Shown here: piece after piece, positions 1 to 13,400 of the stretch
How positions within the stretch are numbered: position 1 is the stretch's first letter
How the letters are laid out: each line of letters begins with the position of its first letter
From: Isurus oxyrinchus
Taxonomy: Eukaryota
Assembly (NCBI GenBank): GCA_026770705.1
Contig: JANJGN010000034.1
Span: forward strand, 5,642,001 to 5,706,000
Length of the DNA stretch: 64,000 nt
Direction of reading: 5' to 3'
Made by a program: the position numbers and the translations under genes
Notes under the pieces: generated by a model
Databases searched by the model: none
What the model saw: only the letters and a program-made list of their open reading frames with translations
What the model was told of the DNA's origin: nothing

Positions 1-297
1 ATCGGAAAGTTAAGTATGTGCGATGATACATTGGGAACATATGCAAAAACGATGGGCTTGAAAATGTAAATGTTATGAGGCTGCATGTCCTTCTCTATAA
101 TATAGAAATTGGGCTGAGATGCGGCGGGGGTGAAATGGTGAGCTTCAGCATAAGATATCGCCCATTGGTGATGAATAGGCATTTATACTCCAGGGAGTAG
201 AATATATTTTGAATTCACTCACTCGGAGAGCTGTGGAGGATAATAGATTAAATCTGATAGACGTTGGAAGAGGGAGAATAATCTCCGTTGTTTTAAA

Positions 298-600
298 TGG
301 TAATAACGCTGGATTAATGAGCAAGAACTCGGGCTAATGCCCTGGGATAAAACAGTTCAAATGCTATCACAGCAGCTGGGGGGATTCAAATTCAATTAAT
401 AAACATTTAATTAAAAGCTAATCTTAAGAGCGGTGACCATGGGTCATTGCTCATTGTTTTAAAAAGGCATCTGCTTCTCTCAAATCCTTTAGGAAAGGAA
501 GCCTGACGTCATTCCCTGATTTGCTGCACATGTGACTCCAGAGATAACACAAAATGGCTGTCACTATAATTCATTCTGCAAAGGCCGAGCAAGAAAATCA
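298..600 (+). mobile_element. Decayed tRNA-type SINE (family repeated in this window)
   Basis: ggtaat...gctaatgccctggg...gttcaaat...cagctgg...ggtgaccatg...tcctttaggaaaggaa...catgtgactccaga; related copies at ~2345, ~56570, ~57515. Confidence 0.7.
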
Positions 601-2344
601 GTTTTCTCACATACATAATCTGTATACTCAATTCGAGTTTAGATTTATTGTGTTGGTTAGTTATGTGGACTTCTTTACAAACAGATAGTTTTTGCCTAAT
701 GCGAAACATTCCAGCAGCGGGCATTTTGGAGCTTTTCAAAATAAATGATTATTTATGATCACACACATGCCCCTTATGTTTGAAGCATAGAGTCTCAGTC
801 ACTCATTTTAACATACATTGTCACACCCACAAAGATTGAAAACATTTGAAGATAACGCTATAATTATGTAAAAAAATGAAATTTATAACTCAGTCTCAAT
901 AACAATACTCAATACACAAGCAGCCCTTAGTTTAGCTGATATTATATTGGATCGAAGCCCTTTGAGGAGCAAGTTGTTCTCATGAATGCATTAAAGCCCC
1001 TTATGGGCCCGTAGCCAGCGGCATGACTCTCAGTCAGACTTGGATGGTTGAACGTATTTATTCATTCGGATGCAATAGAAGGCATTCAGTTATGAGGAAT
1101 CAATTGTTTCAGATATTTAAGATGCTTCACCATGATATTTAGGTTTTAAACTGCAGTTCCTGAAAGTTAGCTGCAGTCACATGATTGAAACGTAATAGTT
1201 CTGAGATTCAGGCCAGCACAATAGATTGGCAGTTGAAAATGGTCATATAGTCTTGCCTCTGCCTAAGCCTGATCTCCAATATTCTTTTCTGATCAGTATG
1301 GCACTCGGAGAGAAACAGGATAGAGACCACATAGTTCTTAAGCACCAGTACACCCTTAGACAATTAGATCTGTCAGCATGATGGACGGCTGTGAAGTACC
1401 ATTGTTGAAGTCATTATTTTACTAAATATTGGCCATAGAATTGCTGTCTGTAATTTAATTGCAAATAGTCACATACTGCGATCAGAAAAAAAAAATACTT
1501 TTATGTCCAACTTCCAAAGTATGACCTTACAGTCCTAAATAGGCACTACAGCCAGGTGTTTCCTGAAAATGACATTTGTACGGAAACATGCATAATGGAG
1601 GACTAAGCTATCCCAGAAGGAAAGGGTCAGAAATAATCGCTGCAGTACAACCACATCCAGTGGTGAACCCTGCTGGATAACTGAGCACATTAGCTGCGAG
1701 ACGAGGCACTGCAAATGCCCGCAACCTCAATGATCAGGAGGTAGACATTCATTGCAAAAACGAGAATAAAATTAAAAACGCTGAAGCATTTTCAAATATC
1801 TTTGCCAGAAGTGCTGAGTGGATGATGCATCTCGATGTTCTCCTAACATTCTCAGCATTACAGATGCCAGCCTTTAATAAATTCAATTCATTCCACATAA
1901 GATAAAGAAAATATCGAATACACTGGATACTACAAAGGCTACGGGTCCTATCAAAAGCCTGGCAATAGTAATCAGGCGATGCACCCCAGAACAAAGAGTA
2001 CCGCTGGCCTAGGTTTTCCAGGACAGTTGCAACTCATGCCTCAACCTTGCATTGTGGAAAGTTGGCCAGATATTTTCTGTCCATAAAACAGCAAGGCAAA
2101 ATGAAAACTTTTCAATTACTGCCTAGTAACTGTAATCTTGATCATCGGTAAAGTGATGGATGATGTCATCGTCATTGCTAATTAGCAGCATTAGATCAGA
2201 CATAACCAGCTCAGTTTCCCCAGCGCCTCTCAGCGCTTGACCTCATTACAGTTGTTGGCCAAGTATGGGTAAGATAACGAACTGAAGACGAGAGAATCAA
2301 ATGGCTGCCCTTGTCGTTGAGACAAGATTTTAACAACTCCTTCT

Positions 2345-2740
2345 TATTTTTTTGTTTATTCTTTCATGTCTTGAGTGTGTCACTGGCAAGGCCATCCAAC
2401 ACTATTTGGACTTAAACAGAATGGCTTACTCGGCAATTAAATGACACTTAAATTCAACCACTTTGTTGTGAGTCTACAGTTGCATGAAGTCAAGGATAGT
2501 AATGGAGGGATGTTTCCTTCCCTATAGCACATTAGTTAAACAGATGAACTTAAACTACAATGACATGGAGTTTTGCGACTATTATTGCTGAGACTAGCTT
2601 TCATTTTCAGCTCTATTAATTTAATTCAAATTCCATCAGCTAGCGCGCTAGAATTTGAACACAACTGCAAAGCATTAGCTTGGGCATTTGGGTGAGTAGC
2701 CTTCTGTGCAACATTCACGGCTGTGAACACCACCACCACG
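2345..2740 (-). mobile_element. Decayed tRNA-type SINE, same family
   Basis: Reverse complement of the 298-600 motifs (gagactagctttc, ttcaaattccatcagct, cattagcttgggc) plus LINE-shared tail (ttctttcatg...ctggcaaggcca). Confidence 0.7.
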
Positions 2741-3084
2741 GTGGCAGCAAGGAGGTCTAGATGAAGAGAAGTACATAGAAAACAGCAGAAATACAGTCCA
2801 CTGGTTCGTGTCATACAAAGGAATATACTTAAGCTTGTTGGAGGTACATCATGTCAGTCCAATGCCATCGCTGCAGGAGCTCCTCGGAAGCTGCAATATC
2901 CTCAGTTGCTTCATCAATGAACTCCCCTTTATCATATGCATAGAATTCGGGATGTTCACGGATGTTTGCATAATGTTCTGCACCAGTTAGAACTGCTCAG
3001 ATGCAGAAGAAGTCCATGTCCATATGTGGCAACAACTTTGGCTGGCATGAGGCAATTAACATTTGCATCACACAAGTTTCAGCG

Positions 3085-4225
3085 AGTGATCATCCCCAAC
3101 AACAGAGAATCTACCCATTTCCAATTTTTGCTTTCAGTTCCATTACCATTACTGAATCCACAGCCGTCCAGTTCGTTGGGCAACCATTGATCAGGAAATG
3201 GACCAGCCATATAAATACTGTGTCAGTAAAAGCAGCTCAAAGTCTGGGAATTCCAAGTTGAGCTACTCACCGTCTCACTCAGGGTACGTTCTAAAATGCA
3301 ACTAACTGGATTGATAAAGCAATGACGTCCTCTCCATTATAAGGTCAGAAGTGGGATGTCTGGTGATCAATGCACCATATGCAATGCGATTCGTCATTCT
3401 TCAGATGCTGAAGCCGTTCAAATCTCGAATCAGATTGGCTTGCACAACATTGAATCTTGTGTTAATAATTGTTGCGCAATACTTGCACCACATAAGTGCC
3501 TCTCAACGACTATTTTGTTTTTTCAAGAAGGTGTCTAACCACCTCCCCTTGACTATCAGTGGCGTTGCCATGGCTGAATCACTCGCTATCAACATACAGG
3601 AGGTGACTTTTGAAAAGAAAATGAACTGACTGAGCTACATAAGTACTATGGCGAGAATGGCAGTTCAGGGCTTCGGCATTCTTCCCCGATCATTTCATGC
3701 CCGTACTCTCTGTAACACCTCCACGACCGATGAGAATATTGTCAGGATCTGTTGAATGCGGGTGCAACAGCAAGACCCAAATTCGACATCATCCAGGACA
3801 AAGCAGATTGGCGACCGTCCAAAACCTTACACTTTCCCTCACACCACCAGTGACACACAGTGGCAACGGTATGTACAGTTTGCAAGCTGTGCAGCATTAT
3901 ATCACCAATGCCTCCTTAGCAGCATATTCGAAATCCGGGTACTCGGTCACATAGAACAGCAAGAGCAACATTTCCTAGGAGAAACCACCACCTGCAATTT
4001 GCTCTAAAAGTCAATCAACAGCCTCACCTGCAAGTGTATCGTCGTTCTTTCACTGTCGCTGGGTCAAACTCCCTCAAATCTCTATTTTACCCGCAGTTTA
4101 GCTGCACTTACAGCACATAGGTTGCTCAAAGAATGTACTCAATACCACCTTGTCAGCCTAAATGAAGGGCGGATCATAATGCAGGCCATTGCAGCGACGT
4201 CCATATTCCCCGAAAAAAAATATTA
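3085..4225 (+). mobile_element. Non-LTR retrotransposon (CR1/L2-group LINE) 3' fragments, two partly overlapping copies
   Basis: gacatcatccaggacaaagcag, accaccacctgcaa, cactgtcgctgggtcaaa, tail ggccattgcagcgacgtccatattccc-A-rich; same family at 39360 and 58530. Confidence 0.7.
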
Positions 4226-6299
4226 AACATGAACAAGCAATCACTAGGAAATTCAAACTGAGTTTCATAACCAGGAAGGGCTACATAAAATAATAAGGCT
4301 GGATTTTATTTGGACTGAATGATGGTTAACCAGAGGTTATAGATTTCCGTCACTTTTAAAGGAAGCTTTTTAAAAAAAAAAATGTGTAGATGTGAACTGG
4401 AACACATTACACGAGGGAATCCTGGAAGAAGGTACACTGATAACGTTTGAAAATGATTTGAAGTAACGGTAGCAAACTGGAGGTTTGCTGGCATATTTGG
4501 AGAATGTGACCTTAGAAATAAGTCGATAAATATTTTGGAACACCAGTGCAGTAAAAAGTGTCCGAATGGTGTAATATTGAACTCCTATGATGGTTTCATG
4601 ATATCCCCTCCATTTCGGCGTTCAATGTACTATATGATCCAGTTCACTCGATCATTGATAATTGACATTGAATATCGCTCATAAAATATGCATATAAAAG
4701 CTTTTCATTCAGCACTAATTAATACATTTGCATGAAAACCAAATGTAAAGTTAACAGTAATTTGTATTTCATGAGGTTGTTGTTAAATGAGTCTAATGCA
4801 ATGACTCTCGGTCATGAACAGCCTCAACAACACCTCAGATTCCCCAGGGGAAAATCGTATATGAATATTTTGAGCACCTGGTGTAGCTATGCGTTTGGTG
4901 CTTCTGCAATGCAGTTGTAATTGATTTCAGTTTCACAAATATCAGGATGCTGCCGTCAGCCAAACATACCTGCTGCCTATACACAAATGAATAACTTGAT
5001 ATATGAATTTCAGGATCAGTTTGGTTCTGGGCATATAGGTTGAACGTACTAAAGACTGGCGAATCCTATGCTAAAGCACGGCCCCTCCGCTGTTCACAGC
5101 AGGCAAGGTATTGACGATGTTCAAACTGCCAATATTCGCAAACGCAAAACGCAGTGCGCACCATTAGATGTTATTACATGAATGGCCAACATTTTCTAAA
5201 TAACACTGAGTGCGCTGAGAACTACCCTGAAAAGTACTTTAGGATATCAATCCGACTCGCAGTGTGGCACAATGACGCTTGATAGAAGCTCCATATGTTA
5301 GCACAGAGAGCTCTGTCATCTGCAGACTGAAAAACAATAACATATTCACACATTGAGCCTGTTTCAAATGAACAAAATTGGCGACAACGGTTCTCTGGTT
5401 TATTCCAAAGGCCATTCGGAGTCAACCTGCATGGCTTGCACAAAAACAATGTTGAGCAGTCATCAGCTAAATGGAAACATTCTCCACAGCAAAGCCTCTA
5501 CCAAACAGTGCACACATACATTGCAATCATCGCTATCTTCTCACGAAGTAGGAATTGATTTTCTCTTCACATTTGTTATCCTTTCGAATCCCCGGACACT
5601 TGGAGGACAAAATATGTGTTTTTGTTCAATCATAGTCAATTTCGACACTAACAAATGATTATTGACATTATTGCACCAAGAGTCATATTCCCGGCCAATG
5701 GGCTCAACGCGATGACAAATGAATCTCATTATTAGATGCATAACCGGAGACGTTGGTGGTGATGATCAAAGCAAACTGTTTTATCTTTTAAGAAACTGAA
5801 TCAAACTAATCTTCTTTATTTTTCCTGAATCCTTTGCTTCGTTATTGCTACTTATGTTGTCTCTACTTATAATTTTACACCCGATGTTTGCACTTTCTCG
5901 AGCAAAAATAACAAATAATTCTTACTTCAGCCCACACACAAAATCGTACCCCACCAATTGCACACAGCAGACTAGAACTCAATTTAAATTGTATTGAACT
6001 CAATGTTCTCTATTCATGGAAGAAGGTGCAATGGTGTTAAACATGGAAGATATAAATTATTTGGGGCTCGCACTAGTGACTGAACAGCATGAAATATGTT
6101 TTTTTTTCTTTCCCTATCAAATCAAGGTTTAGACAGTAGATTTATTAGACAATGAAGTGGAATGGATGGATCTTCACATGATGAAAGTAGGGAGAATCTG
6201 GTCTCGTATCCAGTGGAGTTTATAACACTAATAGCTGAAATATATAAGATCCTGAGTGGTCATGACAGGCTTATTGTAGAAAAGATGTTTGCACTTGTT

Positions 6300-9200
6300 G
6301 GACACACGAGCATTCACGTTCGGGTGGAGCAGTAAGAGAGGCAGGTCTGCGGGAGATGCCCGAAATGGGTGGAAGAAATATTACAGACCAGGGAGCACAG
6401 GTTACATCACTCACTTTTGACAACATCATTCGGCTAGACTGATCCGCGGGAGATACATGGAGTAGGGAGTTCGAAAGGAAAGCGAAAAAAAACTAAATTG
6501 TGACATCTCAGGAAAAAAAACAATTCGAATGGGTGGAGAAGAAGCTAGCTGGTGAGTCCCTGGTGAGGAGCCCTTACATCTTTAAGATTTGTTCGATTAA
6601 TAGGGTTCCAAAACAACTTAGGAACTTTACTTATGGTGATATTTATTAAGTAGGGGCAACTAATTTACTTTCTACTTGGCTTAAAGTTGGGCTAAGTATA
6701 TGCCAACTAAAGGTATGGCAGGGAAGATGAATTCCACGTGTTGCCCGACCTGGAGCATGTATGAAATCTAGACGTTCCTGTCAGCGTGGCTGGCCACATC
6801 TGCTGAAATTGCTACTTGTATGGCAGATTCAGCACTGGGCTTTGGAGCTTCTGTGTCACTGTAGGCATAGCCCTGCTATCGCAAGTTTGAAATGTATGTA
6901 GAGAGCACTTTTTCAGATGTGGACTCCCGCAGCTTAATGAAGTGCAGTAAGAAAAGGAATAGGAGACCATCAATCTGAAGAAGGGAGGCGGGCAGGTAGC
7001 CAGGAGTCCTCGGAGTGCGTCCAGTGTTGGAAAACACGGAGAGTAATGGTTCCTCTGGGGAGTGCAGCCAGAGCCCAGCTGCAGAAGGGAGAAGGAGAAA
7101 AAAGAGGATGAGTATTAGGGTAGGAGACTCGATAGTGAGGGGTACAGGCAGTCTTTACTGCAGCCGCAGAAGTGAATCGAGGATGGTGTGTTACCTCCCT
7201 AAGGTCAGGATGAAGGGTATAATTGAAGGACTGCAAAACATTCTGAAGGTGGAGAACGACCAGTCAGGAATGGTGGTTCACATTGGTATGAACGGCATAG
7301 GTTAAAAAAGGGATGAGGTCCTGCTCCAAGAATTTAGGGAGCAAGGTAACAGATTGCAAAGCAGGACCTTAAATGTTGGAATCGCTGGATTAATTCTGGT
7401 GCCACGCGCTACCGAGTAATGCAAAGGCGGACAGAGCAGTTGAATGTGTTGCTTAAGTGTTAGCCCAGGATGTAGGGACTGAGATACCTGGATCAATGGG
7501 TCCAATTTTGCGGAGGAGGGACTTCTACAAGCCTGAGAGGTCGCTATCTGTACCGGAACTGGGCCAGAATCCTTTCTGTGGCACGGCAGGAGGCGGGGCT
7601 GCCTTTGCTACTGCTGTTGGTGTTGGCTTAAGCTAATTTCACCGGGGGCTGGAATACGTAGTGGTGGTCTAGCACGAGGTGATGTACAGGCAACTATAGC
7701 AGGAAAAGCAATCAAACTGGAATGCAGAGCAAATAAAGGCTTGTTATTTCACTGTGGAGCATGACACTGCTGGGCAGCATTGATTTTAATGCAAATGTAA
7801 TGGGAGTAAGAATGATGAGTTCAGGTTGTTGATTAACACATGGGGAAATGATATCATTGCTTCACATGAGACACGTTTGAGCGAGGGTCAGGACTGGCAG
7901 GTCAATATTCCGGGGCATAGAATCTGCAGACGGTCTGGGGGTGGTGGGTGTGGGATTGTAATATAAGAGGTGGGTCGCAACATTCACCCAGGAGTCAATT
8001 ACTGCAATAAGGAGTGTTGATATCTTAGATGTTTCCTAAAATAAGGCCATATTGTTTGAACTTAAAATCAAGAAGGGGGAAATCACATTGCTGCGAGTGC
8101 ACTTTGACTCCCAAACAGTCAGGGGGAGATATAAGAGCAAAAATAAAAACAAAAAAACTGCCGATACAGGAAATCCAAAACAAAAACAGAATTACCTAAA
8201 AAAAAACTCAGCAGGTCTGGCAGCTTCGGTGGAGAACAAATGAGTTGATGTTTCGAGTCCTCATGACTTAGTTCTGTCGAAGGGTCATGAGGACTCGAAA
8301 AATCAACTCTTTTCTTCTCCAGCGATGCTGCCAGATCTGCTGAGTTTTTCCAGGTAATTCTGGAGATATAAGGGCAGTTATATAGGCAAATCTCAGAGAA
8401 GTGTAAAATGATATGTTAATATTATCAGGAGATTTAAACTTCAAAAATATTAACTGGACTAGACAAAGTGAGAATGTCTCAGAACGAGAATACTCCTTAA
8501 AATTCTATCCAGGTGAGCTTTTTAAGGCAGCACCAAGAAAATCCAACAGGAGTGGGGGACCGTGCTGGAACGACTTTTAGGCAACAAAGGCAGACAACTG
8601 GCAGAAGTATCAATGGGGAATCATTTCTGTCACAACAAACAATACGAAATACGATTTAAGGTAGTTATGGAAAAGTTTAAAGAAGGACCGGAAATAAATG
8701 TCCTGGATTGTATGAAGGGCGAGTTTAATATGATACGAAAGGATCTGGCAAAGATGTCTGGGAGGAGCTGTTTGCAGGAATGTCTGCCTGAGAAAAATGG
8801 GAGGTATTAAAAAAGAGAATAATGAGAGGGCAAGGTCAAAATGTTCCCGTAAGAGTGACACCAGCAATTACAGACAACCCTGGATGTCGAAGAATGTGCA
8901 GGATTGGAACCGGTAGCTAAGGTGGTTAAGAAAGCAAGCGTGACACTTGCCTTTATTAATCGAGGCATTGAAACAAATGCAGAGAATTTGTGATGGATCT
9001 ATAAAAAGTATCATCTAGGCAGTTCTGGTCACCGCACGATTGGAAGGATACAATTGCTCTGCACAGGTTGCAGATGAGCATCACCAGAATGGTGCCTGGG
9101 CAGGAAGGTTTCAGTTATGAAGGGGAGCAGAAAAGACTGAGCGGGGACATGATTCAGGTGTAAAAAACTGAGTGCTGTAGACAGGGTAGATAGGAAAAAA

Positions 9201-9860
9201 TATTTAATCTGTGTGGAGGGATCAATATCCAAAGGGGAATGGATTTAAGGTAATGGCAGGACGTTTAGAGGAGATTCGAGGATTTTTTTTTCTCACCAGG
9301 GAGGTGGGGAACATTTAGAACTCGTGGGCTGAAAGGATGACAGTGGACGGAACAGTCAACACATACTGGATTATTTGATGAGTTCTTGAAGCACCATGGA
9401 ATACAAAACGATGGGCGAGTGCTGGAAAATGGGATTTGAGTAGATAGGGGCTTGTTGAGCGGCACGTACATGAAGGGCTGAAGGCCCCCTCTCCATGCTG
9501 TAAAACTATTTGTCTCTTTGAACTGGCTCACATTTAAAACAAAAACAGTGATTGTTCATTTACGAAAGAGAATTGGAGCATGATTTTTCTGCTCATTTTC
9601 TCACAGGCTATTTCGAGATTGGGACCCTCTTCCTCATTTGGGGACGAGGGGTGGTGGTGGTGGTTCAAAGATAAACTTTGTTTTTTTTTAAAGCAGAACG
9701 TAGATAAATTAATGACAAGCAACAGTGTGAAAGTTTTCCACGGTTAGGGGGGAATAAGGAATTGAAGCTAGTCAGATCAGTCTTGAACTTATTCAACGGT
9801 GAACCAGAATCAAGGGCCAAGGATCCTGCTCCTGCTCTTACATTTCATCATGCCATTCAT
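6300..9860 (+). mobile_element. Decayed, internally deleted CR1 LINE (5'UTR, ORF1 with SGNH esterase, endonuclease, 3' end)
   Basis: ORF 7015-7305 VGDSIVRG...SRMVCYLP...LQNILKVE...MVVHIGMNGIG matches the CR1 ORF1 esterase pattern. Endonuclease remnants (NDIIA, EGQDWQVNIPG, GDLNF) at 7780-8800; 3'-end remnants at 8910-9860. Confidence 0.85.
8140..8361. mobile_element. Penelope-like terminal fragment in inverted (hairpin) arrangement, inserted in the CR1 endonuclease, 15-bp TSD
   Basis: Inverted arms (aactcagcaggtctggcagc / gctgccagatctgctgagtt); TSD ggagatataagagca (8125-8139) vs ggagatataagggca (8362-8376). Confidence 0.8.
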
Positions 9861-10377
9861 CCAGCAACTTGCTATAGGGTTTTACTGTGAAAGGAGAATA
9901 CAGCATAAGGACCTTGGGAACGAAGTCGTGCAACATCTTGAAAATCAAATGACGCTGATGAAAATGAAGAAAAAAGTGCTAGCATCCTTCTGGCAGAGGA
10001 ATGGAAAGTTGAGCAATGGCCGATGGAAAACGGCGAACATAATAATGAGCGTAGATCAAATGCAAATAGGAAAGCTGGTAATATTTTGTTGGTTAGGGGG
10101 CAAGTCGGCTGGAAGAAGCGAAGGCAGATATTAACAGTTGTCTATTGAGGGACCTAACAGACTATAATAACCTCACTGTGCACTATAATTTCTGAGTACC
10201 AGACTCGTCCTTTACTTTGTTTCCTGTAAATAAATCGACAAAGTTTATTTAATGCGCAATGTGCATAGCAGAATAATGTTAATAGATGAGCTCACATGAT
10301 GCCACGGGTGAAGTTATGTACTATCTCCATTACAATTATGGATGGCATGATTATTTGTTATCTTTAATTTATTTTAG

Positions 10378-10404
10378 ATCCTAACAAACTGTTCGAAGAC
10401 TTGG
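10378..10404 (+). CDS. Microexon E1 (27 nt, short A type): xPNKLFEDL
   Basis: tttaatttattttag|ATCCTAACAAACTGTTCGAAGACTTGG|gtaagc; ends TTGG|gtaagca like E11. Confidence 0.8.
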
Positions 10405-13400
10405 GTAAGCAAAATGCGTTTTTAAAAGCATTTTTGTTCGATTATCCCCAATGGCATGCTCAAAACAGAATAATTTGGCTGGAGTCATTAAGCTAGGTGG
10501 GACATTGATAACAAAAAACATGACGTTTGCTACGCGTGAACAGAAGCCTGATTGCTGATGCGATTTACTCTGGCGTATTATGGCATTCAGCAGATTGTGG
10601 CATTGATTTAACCCAGACACTGCCAGATTTGATCGCCAGACTCCTGCCCACTCAATGGCCAAACTTGTAGGCCAGCGGAATTTACGTTCCCTTCAAAGTC
10701 AATGGGCCTTAGAGTGGGTCGCTGAATTTCATGGCCCATCATAGTTGCCAACTCCTTACTAATACGTAACTGAACAGGATTGGAAATGGCATGACCAACC
10801 TTCCCTGCTTAGCCAAACAAGTGCTAATTAATTGCAAAATCAAATGCATGCAAATTATTTGCTGGATAATGTCTTATCGTCCTGGCGGAAATTCTGGATG
10901 TTCCTTGGTAAGTTCTCATTTTGTTCTGTGCCTCAAAAGTCCTGCTGAGTGACGTGGCAAGTGCTTACTTCGATCTTACATTCAAAATAAGCAGCAAGTA
11001 ATTTAACACTAAGAAGAGTAATAATTGTTTAACTGAAATGGTGGCGAAACTATGGGACCCTTTACCTCAGAGATCTATGGAAGATCAATTATCGAGAATG
11101 TGCAAGAAAATCATCGATGGTTTTCTGCATGTTAATGAGGTTAAATGATATGGTGTTAGTGAGAACAATGGCATATGCTTTAGATGACATTCCATGATCT
11201 GTTCGTATGAGCAGGTGCGACATACTAAATGACCTTCTTCTGCACGTATTTTCAATTTTCCTGTGTTTTTGTGTTCCGATACAAAGGTTGATATGCAACC
11301 TGTACTTGCAAAGCACTGGGGCTGACATTAAGCATGAGTGGGAGACGGTGTAGAGACACACAGTACGAGAAAAGTCCCGACAGGGCGTAGGGGGAACAAA
11401 CAGTGAGGGGGTTTTGTCAAAGCACCAAATCTTTAGAATATATCCACGAGTTAACCTTCTTTTCAGCTGACCAGCTTAACAAATTGCTCTTTGAAATCAT
11501 TGACTATATGCACCGACAAATGCATAACCAAAATCAGAATATCCGTGGCTGTGAAGTTGACATTGGCTGAGCTGCTGTGCATTCTGTTTCGTTCAGGTTG
11601 ATTCAGGAGTTATAAACCGATTGGAGCAGTTTGCCCTTCACTGCTGCCTAACAAAGAATAATAGCGTTTTCAGCTTCCACTCAATTTCTCTTCGCAAATA
11701 GCAGCAAGTGAAGTGAACGTGATGGGTTACAGGAATAAAACGATTAGCCATTTGTCTGTGGGACAGTATACAATGATTGCATTTGAATCGCATTATCTGG
11801 ATCTCGTATGAATTTTGCCATTTTCCAGAACTGTTGGCACTTGGACTAAAACCACGGACAGATAATATGGCAGGTCACTGCCAGTAATGTTGTTGGCAGT
11901 CATGATTTGAGACTACAGTAGGAAATGACTGTCTCTTCTTTATTGCACTAAGATGCGCAACAGCTATCCAGCTATGGTACATCTCATGTCTCAGGCCTAG
12001 ACTCTCATTCCCAACAGCAACAGATTGACAAGTGAAGTCACATGGCCAGGTGTTATCTTACAGATCAGATGAGGACAGAACTCAAGCAATGCCCGCTTTG
12101 ATACATCCATAATAGATACATGCGTGAGACATAGGAACTGTTCTTAACATTCTGCCTGCTGCTCTGCGTGCTGTACAGCAGTTACGTTCTTAGTGACAGG
12201 CCCACGTCATCCCTGATGTACTTACAAGCTGATGAATAGGAGGACGATAAGGAATATATTTAGGAATTTGATAAAGGTGGGCAGAATTCAGGTCACCCTA
12301 TTTTTTTCCAAAAAATGATTTTTTGCACTGGCTATTACCCTATCCCCAATTTCCCATTTGACCGATAACGTGCCTGTCCTCTTAACTTTCCTTTTTCAGT
12401 GACAATCACAATAATGTGTTTCTATCTGAACAGCCTGGACATGCTTTCCATTGCACATTGATAAATTAACTCTCCAGCAGCGCATACATAATAATATTTC
12501 CATGAATAATTATTACCAACAGTACTAATCGAATATGTGCTTATACTTATGCCTCCTTCCTCTGTATTTACATCCCCTGGTTAAAGCCACAGTTTCAGTG
12601 CCTAAAGCATGCTTGTGGCTTTGCTGCTGAATTGAATGGAGATGCCCTCGAAGAGAGATCTAGAAATTTTCAAAGCCTGGAAAGTTCAAAGTAGTTTGCA
12701 GCATGACGGTTTTTTTCTGTCTGAGGTGGATGACTGATAGGAAATACTACGGGAGTGGTTGGTCTCGAAAGACAGATTTTTAATTCCCGAAATTTGGCAA
12801 CAGATTCCTACACCATGGAGAAACTGCCTTATTGGGCAGACCTATAGTGCACTACTGGAGGCCAGCTTCCTGGAATTTAACTTTGCTTCGGAATCCCTTA
12901 TGCACACTGCTCTCCACATCCATGATCAAATCAATCTGAGCTTCAGTGGCAGTGAAGATTGCACAATGTCAGTCTGACCCTCCACTGCAGCCCACATACG
13001 AATTTTAGAAGCTGCTTGTGTTCTAACCGAATCAGACACATGCTATAATAGACACTGCATCATGATTGTTCCAAATGCAAGTGTTCCAATCTCTCCATCC
13101 TGTGTATGTTCTGTTCACCTCCATGCGCCTGGACCTTTATTGTTATTAGTATTAATATGACTATTATTATTAGTATTGTTATTATTATTATCCTGCGTTT
13201 CCCTCTTCTTCTTCTTCTTCTTCCTTTTTTTCTTCTTCCACCTCTTCTTCTCTCCATCTTGTTCTTCTTCATGTTCTTCTTCTTCTTGTAAATCTTCTCC
13301 ATCTTCTTTTTCCTCTTCCTCCTCACTTTTTCCAGTCCATGAAACTCTTATTTGATTCCTTCTCTACATTGACATCAGGAGGTAATATTTTCCCCATTGA

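Noticed and set aside
7015-7305. SGNH hydrolase-like ORF as a host gene
   Set aside because: It is CR1 ORF1, broken by stops and followed by endonuclease remnants.
10286-10307. ATGAGCTCACATGATGCCACGG|gtgaag as a start exon in frame with E1
   Set aside because: Weak donor, 70-nt intron and no promoter evidence; cannot be supported.
10813-10913. Strong donor TTG|gtaagt at 10908 with upstream ATGs (MHANYLLDN.../MQIICWIM...) as a possible first exon
   Set aside because: It lies downstream of E1, has no AG at 27/36 nt, and the peptide is neither heptad-like nor a convincing signal peptide.
12064-12090. ttacag|ATCAGATGAGGACAGAACTCAAGCAAT (DQMRTELKQ), helical-looking
   Set aside because: No GT donor at an in-frame position, and it runs into a stop.
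13060-13326. Basic/hydrophobic ORFs resembling a membrane protein
   Set aside because: Translation of microsatellite.
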